From positions 64,001-128,000 of the forward strand of contig CBDCWG010000012.1 of the NCBI GenBank assembly GCA_965223345.1: a stretch of DNA of 64,000 bases, in the 5' to 3' direction. The notes under the pieces were generated by a model. That model had not been told where the DNA came from, made no database searches, and saw only the letters and a program-made list of their open reading frames with translations. Made by a program: the position numbers and the translations under genes. Below are positions 57,918 through 64,000 of this stretch, in pieces (the stretch's first letter is position 1; each line of letters starts with the position of its first letter). Source of the stretch: Nitrospinales bacterium. Lineage in GTDB: Bacteria; Nitrospinota; Nitrospinia; Nitrospinales; VA-1.

Positions 57918-59234
57918 ATGAATGGCTTGCGAAGTTTTGTGATCGGCCTGGCGATCCTGGGGACGTTCTCGACGGCGGCGCACGCTGCGGAAAACACGTT
58001 TCACGCGCTGCTTTTGGAAAAGGCCTTCCTCGAAAAACACTACGGGGTGAAAAACCTCGAATGTTTTCCCTTTAAAAAAGACATCGGTTTCACCGAGGAT
58101 CAGAAACCGCTGATCGAAAACTGCCTGTCGGCGGTGAGAACGCTCAAAAAAGCGTATCTGGAAGTGGTCGATCCGGAGTACCGCGTGGTGGGCATCAGCA
58201 CGCGTTTTTTACGGACCGCCGGGTTCTACACGGTGCTGGTGCCGTGGGACGCCTCCAAAGACGAACTGGTCACATTCTTGAACGGGAACCTGCCCAAGAA
58301 AAAACGCAAGGCGTTTCTCGACCGCGTGTACGGGTTGAAGCGGGCCATCGCTGACAAGATCCGCATCCCGCGCCTGTACTGTTCGCAGGAAATATCGAAT
58401 CAGGACTGTCTCACCGGCTACCAGAATCTGGCAAAGGCGGTCGAGGAAAACGCGCCGGAAAAAATCGAATGGCGCGAGATCGCCGTCACCTCTTCGCCGC
58501 TGCCGCACGAAGACCCGCACACGCTGGCGCTGGCGTTCGACCGGCCGCCTGAGGAAATGCGCGCGCTTTTGCAATCGGACGTGCAGTCGCGCTGGGCGAA
58601 ACGCAAAGCGGCGTACGAAAAAATCCAGGAGGATTTCGGCCAGGGATTCCGCGAACGGCTGCAGATGGAAGATTTGCTGTGCGGGCTGGACATCACGATC
58701 GAACAGTGCCGGGAGGGCGCGGCCAACCTGCATGCGGCGAGCAATGAGGACGTGCTGCAGGAGCGGTTCTGGGGCCGGGTGGTGGTGCGCAAGCACAACA
58801 CGTTCATCGAAGACGATTTCAACGTCACCCTGCGCCACGATCTGCCTCCCGAGGAGATCGTCGCGCATTTTTCGCAAAAACCCACGCGCCAGGAAGCCAC
58901 CCGCAACACCATTCAGGCGGAAAAGCTGGAAGGACGCACCAAAAACAATCCCGCCAATCTCCGGGGGATTTGCGATCTCAAAGGCCTGCGCTCGGCGTTG
59001 TGCGTCCGGTCGTTTCAGATGTTCATCGACTTTCTCAAGAAAAACCGGGACTACAAGGTGCGAAAACCCTGGAGCGATCTGATGTTCGTGGACGGCGATC
59101 AACTGTCGCGTGTCAATTTCGCGCTCAATTCCTCGTCGAGGGACACCTACATCTACATCGACGCCAACAGCGATGAGAAGGAATTCGCAGCGTTTCTCAA
59201 CCGCTTCCGCAGCGAGGAAAAGGCCGAAGAATAG
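57918..59234 (+). CDS. Secreted hypothetical protein of four ~100-aa Cys-pair repeats
   Basis: RBS GGAG; signal peptide ...STAAHA|AE; four internal repeats (see findings). Confidence 0.8.
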   Translation: MNGLRSFVIGLAILGTFSTAAHAAENTFHALLLEKAFLEKHYGVKNLECFPFKKDIGFTEDQKPLIENCLSAVRTLKKAYLEVVDPEYRVVGISTRFLRTAGFYTVLVPWDASKDELVTFLNGNLPKKKRKAFLDRVYGLKRAIADKIRIPRLYCSQEISNQDCLTGYQNLAKAVEENAPEKIEWREIAVTSSPLPHEDPHTLALAFDRPPEEMRALLQSDVQSRWAKRKAAYEKIQEDFGQGFRERLQMEDLLCGLDITIEQCREGAANLHAASNEDVLQERFWGRVVVRKHNTFIEDDFNVTLRHDLPPEEIVAHFSQKPTRQEATRNTIQAEKLEGRTKNNPANLRGICDLKGLRSALCVRSFQMFIDFLKKNRDYKVRKPWSDLMFVDGDQLSRVNFALNSSSRDTYIYIDANSDEKEFAAFLNRFRSEEKAEE

Positions 59235-59304
59235 CGCCTACGGCGCCGGAGATCCGCGCACACTTGCCGGCTGCGCGTGAGGACTCTCCACTGGGGGTTG
59301 TTTC

Positions 59305-61344
59305 ATGTCGGATGCGTCGCGCCTGCTTCCCTATCTCACCGCCGCTTTTCTCCTGCTGGACCTCGGTCTCTCGCTCAACGCCCGCATTGGCTACTCCACC
59401 CCCACCGAACGCTGGCAACCTGCGCCCGAACGCTACGCGGACCTCACCTGGCCTCCGGGTGCGGACCTTGCGGAGGACATCCCTCTGGGCGAGCGGGTGT
59501 ACGCCCGGCACTGCGCGGTGTGCCACGGCCCCGACGGCAGGGGCAACGGACCCGCCGCCCCCTCGATGATCCCGCGGCCGCGCGACTTCACGCTCGGCCA
59601 GTTCAAGTACAAATCGACGCCGCCCGGACAACCCCCGAGCGACCTGGATCTCATCGCGGTGGTGTCGAAGGGCCTGCCTGCGAGCGCCATGCCCTACTGG
59701 GAGGACGTGCTGAGCAAACGGGAAATCCTTTCGGTGGTGGAATTCATCAAAACATTATCGCCTGTGTTTCGCGATGCGGCCGCAGAACCGGTCCCGATAG
59801 CCGAAAGACCCGCGTTTTCCGAGGAAAGCGCGGAAGCGGGACGGCGGCTGTACGCCAGCCAGGGCTGCGAGGCCTGCCACGGCATGGACGCGCGCGGCGG
59901 GCTCAAGCAGCGGGACGCCAAGGGCGATCCGGTGATTTCCCGGGACCTGACGGCTCCCTGGACGTTCCGCGGCGGCAGCGAACCGGAACAGATCTGGCTG
60001 CGCCTGACGACGGGACTCGCGCCGGGGCCGATGCCTTCGTTCGCCGCGCCGTTGACCGGCAAACAGCGCTGGCACCTGGTGCATTTTCTGCTGACGATCC
60101 AGCGCGTGCCGCCGTGGATGCCGGGCGGCAAGCTCGCGGGTCCGGGCCAGCACGCCGATCCGGTGCGGCGCGGTGAATACCTGGTGCATGCGGAGATGTG
60201 CGGACTGTGCCACACGCAGATCAACCGCACCGGAATCTACCGCGGCGACGACCGCTATCTTGCGGGCGGCATGCGGGTGGGGGCCTACCCGTACGGCGTG
60301 TTCGTCTCGCGCAACCTGACCCCGGATGCGCAAACGGGCCTGGGGCGGCTGAGCGCCGAACAGATCGCCCGCGCCATTCGCACAGGAAGGCGGCCAGGAA
60401 GGCTGCTCAATCTGCTGGGCATGCCGTGGATGTTTCTGCACGGGTTGACGGATGCGGACGCCGTCGCCATCGGCTCGTATCTCAAGACGCTGCCCGCGGT
60501 GGCAAACCCGATCCCGCCGCCTCTGCATTACGGGATCGTCGAGACCACGGTGGTCAAGCTGTATCAGACGCTGACGCACGGCGGCGTGCGGGCGCTGTCC
60601 TACGCCGACGGCAATTACGGCGGCGCGCGGTCGCGTTTTTTTCCGCCGCACCGGATTCAGCAGGTGTTGTTTTTTCTGGAAGTGACGGCTCTGATCGCGC
60701 TTTGCGTTCTTGTTCTGCGCGCGGGATACCAAAAGGCAAAAAGCCGCGGCCGGCCGCACAGGGCGATGCGCACATTCAAAAAAGCCTTGGGCACCGCGGC
60801 GGCGCTGGGCGTGCTGTGGCTCTGGTACCACTACCCGGCGCTGTCTCTGATTCCGCCGGAGGAAATCGCCAAATCCACGGTGGGCGCGGTGCCCGCTGTG
60901 AACGCGGACTCGCGGGACACGCCGGAATTGAAAGCGATGGCGGAACGCGGCAAATACGTCTACACCGTCGCCTCGTGCGCGTTCTGCCACGGGCCCAGGG
61001 GATCGGGCGGTTCCAAGGTCAGTTGGGATGTGTTCGGCACGCTGTTCGTTCCCAACATCACGCAGGATGTGGAAACGGGAATCGGCGCGTGGAGCGACGC
61101 GGAGATCCAGCGCGCCGTGCGCAGCGGCGTGTCGCGATCGGGGAGGCCGCTGCACTGGCAGGGCATGATCTGGGACCATGCGGGCAACTGGGACGAGGAG
61201 GACATCCGTTCCCTCATCGTCTATCTGAAAACGCTGCCCGCGGTGAAAAAAACCATTCCGGCTCCGCATCCGCCTTCAGAGGCGGACTGTGCGGTGTACA
61301 CGTTCATTCTGGATGCGAATGCGGAGCCGGGTTGCGATTATTGA
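59305..61344 (+). CDS. Membrane-bound tetraheme c-type cytochrome
   Basis: Four CxxCH motifs (CAVCH, CEACH, CGLCH, CAFCH); N-terminal anchor and two TMs between hemes 3 and 4. Confidence 0.9.
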   Translation: MSDASRLLPYLTAAFLLLDLGLSLNARIGYSTPTERWQPAPERYADLTWPPGADLAEDIPLGERVYARHCAVCHGPDGRGNGPAAPSMIPRPRDFTLGQFKYKSTPPGQPPSDLDLIAVVSKGLPASAMPYWEDVLSKREILSVVEFIKTLSPVFRDAAAEPVPIAERPAFSEESAEAGRRLYASQGCEACHGMDARGGLKQRDAKGDPVISRDLTAPWTFRGGSEPEQIWLRLTTGLAPGPMPSFAAPLTGKQRWHLVHFLLTIQRVPPWMPGGKLAGPGQHADPVRRGEYLVHAEMCGLCHTQINRTGIYRGDDRYLAGGMRVGAYPYGVFVSRNLTPDAQTGLGRLSAEQIARAIRTGRRPGRLLNLLGMPWMFLHGLTDADAVAIGSYLKTLPAVANPIPPPLHYGIVETTVVKLYQTLTHGGVRALSYADGNYGGARSRFFPPHRIQQVLFFLEVTALIALCVLVLRAGYQKAKSRGRPHRAMRTFKKALGTAAALGVLWLWYHYPALSLIPPEEIAKSTVGAVPAVNADSRDTPELKAMAERGKYVYTVASCAFCHGPRGSGGSKVSWDVFGTLFVPNITQDVETGIGAWSDAEIQRAVRSGVSRSGRPLHWQGMIWDHAGNWDEEDIRSLIVYLKTLPAVKKTIPAPHPPSEADCAVYTFILDANAEPGCDY

Positions 61345-61356
61345 AAGGCGAAGCTC

Positions 61357-62226
61357 ATGGCAAGCTTGAAGCTCAAACTCGATGACAATGTGGACGGCGC
61401 TTTTTTCGTCGATTCGACGTGCATCGATTGCGACGCCTGCCGGAAATTTGCGCCCGGGGTGTTCGGGGAAACCGGCGAGCATTCTTACGTGCAAAAGCAG
61501 CCGCAGACCCCGCAGGAGCGGCTCGCCGCCCAGCAGGCGCTGCTGGCCTGCCCGGTGGGCTCGATCGGCACAGAGGACAAGATGGATCTGAAGCCGGCGC
61601 GCGATTCGCTCCCGCTTGAGATCACCGGCGGCATCCACATCAACGGCTTCAACCACGCCGATTCGTTCGGTGCGGACAGTTATTTCATCCGCTCGGAAGA
61701 AGGCAACTGGCTGGTGGATTCGCCGCGCTTCACGCCGCATCTGAAGCGGCAGTTCGAGGCGTGGGGCGGCGTCCGCACGATCTTTCTGACGCACCGGGAC
61801 GATGTGGCCGACGCGCATCTCTACGCCGAACATTTCGGGGCAAAACGCATCATCCACCGTCACGATGCGGACGCGCAGCCGGATGCGGAGATCGTTCTGG
61901 ATAACGCGGAACCGTTCATCCGCGACAAAGCGCAGATCCTGTTCACGCCGGGACACACGCGCGGGCATCTGGTGCTGTTGTGGGACGAACGCTACCTGTT
62001 CACCGGCGATCACTTCGCCTGGCTGGCCGGTAAAAACCGCTTCGGTTCCTTCCGCGGTGCCTGCTGGTATTCCTGGGATGAGCAGATCGAGTCGGTGGAA
62101 AAGATGCAGGCGTTCAAAAACGTGGAATGGATTCTTCCGGGACACGGGAAGCGGAAACAGATCGAGCGCGGCAGCTTTCCCGAGATCGTCGAGGAGGCGG
62201 TGCGGTGGATGAAGAGCGTGGCCTGA
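61357..62226 (+). CDS. Ferredoxin / MBL-fold hydrolase fusion
   Basis: CIDCDAC...ACP single-cluster ferredoxin; THRDDVAD, TPGHTRGH, FTGDH, LPGHG. Confidence 0.88.
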   Translation: MASLKLKLDDNVDGAFFVDSTCIDCDACRKFAPGVFGETGEHSYVQKQPQTPQERLAAQQALLACPVGSIGTEDKMDLKPARDSLPLEITGGIHINGFNHADSFGADSYFIRSEEGNWLVDSPRFTPHLKRQFEAWGGVRTIFLTHRDDVADAHLYAEHFGAKRIIHRHDADAQPDAEIVLDNAEPFIRDKAQILFTPGHTRGHLVLLWDERYLFTGDHFAWLAGKNRFGSFRGACWYSWDEQIESVEKMQAFKNVEWILPGHGKRKQIERGSFPEIVEEAVRWMKSVA

Positions 62227-62235
62227 CCGGGATGA

Positions 62236-62700
62236 TCAGTCGGACAGCTTCACGCGGCTTTCGCGGATTTCCTGCGGCAGCAGGTGGTGGCGGGTGTCGT
62301 AGTTCACGTTGGTGAGCACGAACTGGCGCGCGGTCTGGCTCTGCAGGTTGATCACCAGCGGGGCGACCAGGTTGGCGGTCATTTCCACGTAGTTTTCGGG
62401 GATGGTGACGATCACGCGGGTCTGCAGGGAATGACCGGGACGGTACCGGATGGTTTTCTTTTCTTCTTCCGTCAATTTGACCACGTAATCGGGCACGTAC
62501 AGAAACGGGTCGGTGATCACAAACGCCAGTCCCGGTGTGACGAGGGACTGCATCCACTCAATCGGACTGTCTATGTTGGGATCGAAGGGGAGGAAGGTGA
62601 ATTTTTTTTCTCTTTCAAAGCCGTACAACCCGGTGGGGAAATCGATGATGTCGGTTGCTTCCAGCTCCAGGGGGCCAAACCGTGTGGTTTCGTATTTCAT
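62236..62700 (-). CDS. fliW: Flagellar assembly factor / CsrA antagonist FliW
   Basis: TTRFG, F..GL.GF, WMQS, AFVITDP, TANLVAPLVIN; ATGA overlap with csrA. Confidence 0.95.
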   Translation of the reverse strand: MKYETTRFGPLELEATDIIDFPTGLYGFEREKKFTFLPFDPNIDSPIEWMQSLVTPGLAFVITDPFLYVPDYVVKLTEEEKKTIRYRPGHSLQTRVIVTIPENYVEMTANLVAPLVINLQSQTARQFVLTNVNYDTRHHLLPQEIRESRVKLSD

Positions 62701-62936
62701 GTATCCAGATTATTCTTGACCAGTTGAGAGATCTGCCCCGGATCGAATTCCATGGGCGCTGCGGCGGAACGGTTTTCCTGCTTGATCCTTAAGAACACTT
62801 CTTCGCGGTAAATCTTCGTCTCCCGGGGGGCCTCAATCCCCAATCGGATGTTTTTCCCTTTTACATCTATAACGGTTATTTTCACTTCTTCATTAATCTT
62901 AATGCTTTCTCCGATTTTCCGAGTGAGGACGAGCAT
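62697..62936 (-). CDS. csrA: Carbon storage regulator CsrA
   Basis: MLVLTRKIGESIKI...RLGIEAP...IYREEV...IKQEN, with the C-terminal extension typical of FliW-regulated CsrA. Confidence 0.97.
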   Translation of the reverse strand: MLVLTRKIGESIKINEEVKITVIDVKGKNIRLGIEAPRETKIYREEVFLRIKQENRSAAAPMEFDPGQISQLVKNNLDT

Positions 62937-62982
62937 GGGCGGATTCCATTCCTTTTTTGGGGTCGGCTTGGCTTTCGGGGGG

Positions 62983-62991
62983 ATTATAGCA
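62983..62991 (-). promoter_or_regulatory. Extended -10 promoter element for csrA-fliW
   Basis: Minus strand TGCTATAAT (TGnTATAAT), about 47 bp upstream of the csrA ATG. Confidence 0.6.
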
Positions 62992-63047
62992 GATTCGTTT
63001 GGCTATATTTGATAATTTCTCGGCGGGCGGCGGGCCGGGGGATATAA

Positions 63048-63076
63048 TTGACAGCCGTGGGGGTTTGTGTTAATTT
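63048..63076 (+). promoter_or_regulatory. Sigma70 promoter of tRNA-Phe
   Basis: TTGACA, 17-bp spacer ending TGT, then TAATTT; 40 bp upstream of the tRNA. Confidence 0.65.
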
Positions 63077-63116
63077 TCGCACTTCCTTTCTGGAACCCCG
63101 ATCCTTTTGAAAACAG

Positions 63117-63192
<76 letters not shown>

Positions 63193-63621
63193 CTCCTCCG
63201 CGCAAGGCGAATTTCCCGTTCCGCTGCCCGGCGATCCTCCGGTTTCTGCGCGTATTCGCTGCAGTTCAGAGCGGCCCCGTTCCGCCCTGCCCCTCCCCTC
63301 TATTTTTCTCGATCGCTCCTTTTTCCCGTCAAGGTTATCACGCGCAGGCCTAAAGACGACGACGCCTGAAAAAAGTCCGTTCTTTCATGGCTTTTCGTTG
63401 CGGGTCTGCGATCATCACCCTTAAGATGCACCCAAGTTTGCGGACCTGCGGGGCGCGCTCCCGGCGGCCGCGAAAAATCATGCCTTTTTTCAACGCGCTG
63501 GATTCGGCGCGGTGACCGCATTATCAAGGCCTTTGCGGCTTCCTGCATGGACAAATGTTTCCGGAAGGGATATAGTTTTTATTATCTATATCATTGTCGG
63601 TAAAATGAAGCATCCTGATTG

Positions 63622-63747
63622 AGAGTCCCCCTGCGTTTTGTTCGCCATTCCGTTGCTAGGGAATGGATGAGAAAAATCGGAACGGGAGAGTGCGCTTTCC
63701 CACTTAATCTGAGGAACGGGCAACATGAAACTCAGGGACGGGACTCT
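63622..63747 (+). ncRNA. Candidate structured RNA or cis-regulatory leader (unclassified)
   Basis: Long imperfect closing stem with two internal hairpins and seven GGA triplets (see findings). Confidence 0.4.
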
Positions 63748-64000
63748 GTATTATTTGGCAAAAACACACCCCCACGCTTCGCACATCACCGGAGAAAACG
63801 GTTTGTCTTGCAAGCACGCAGCTCAATTGCGAACCCAATCCGATGAGGGCGTTTTCATCTCCCGGCTCCGGCATTCGCGGTGTTTTCTCGCCGCTCTCCT
63901 GGTGCTGCTGCTGGCCGCCCTGCCCTCGCAAAGCCTGTCCTCCACCACGCGCGGCATCGTTTCCATGGCGGTGAAGAACAAGGCGGGCAAACGCGTGACC
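63725..64000 (+). CDS. N-terminus of an exported protein, truncated by the window end
   Basis: Frame open from ATG 63725 (or TTG 63827) to the end: ...RCFLAALLVLLLAALPSQSLSSTTRGIVSMAVKNKAGKRVT; signal-peptide-like hydrophobic stretch; start uncertain. Confidence 0.6.
   Translation, partial: MKLRDGTLYYLAKTHPHASHITGENGLSCKHAAQLRTQSDEGVFISRLRHSRCFLAALLVLLLAALPSQSLSSTTRGIVSMAVKNKAGKRVT

Noticed and set aside
63843..63974. Short Cys/Pro-rich ORF MRAFSSPG...WCCCWPPCP
   Set aside because: Alternative frame of the Leu-rich signal peptide (CTG repeats read as TGC); not evidence of a Cys-rich peptide.

Overview
GC-rich bacterial chromosomal segment, mostly core and housekeeping genes. The gene set and protein styles suggest Nitrospinota (Nitrospina-like) or a Deltaproteobacteria-like lineage; this is inference, not verified. 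Recognisable content: purS-purQ-purL-purF, UPF0182, mpl, dacB, pepF, valS, dppB/dppC-like permeases, an ABC-F ATPase, Nif3, cspA, yajQ, an HD-GYP response regulator, csrA-fliW and tRNA-Phe(GAA). No CRISPR array, rRNA, integrase or transposase is visible. Most notable observations: (1) a tightly linked K+ channel / Mre11-like / membrane-anchored Rad50-like / FGE-domain operon; (2) a radical-SAM-like protein lacking its CxxxCxxC motif next to an intact radical SAM; (3) a RomR/PopZ-like polarity scaffold upstream of valS; (4) a TetR-MMPL-LolA-like-beta-barrel cassette with two matching operator sites; (5) a secreted protein built of four ~100-aa Cys-pair repeats; (6) a chimeric tetraheme cytochrome c with an adjacent ferredoxin-MBL fusion; (7) a triple PCP_red-domain protein; (8) a +1 frameshift at TTT-CCC-C in an MFS/spermidine-synthase/TPR fusion; (9) a compact, GGA-rich structured RNA candidate near csrA. 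All family assignments come from motif recognition by eye; no database searches were run.
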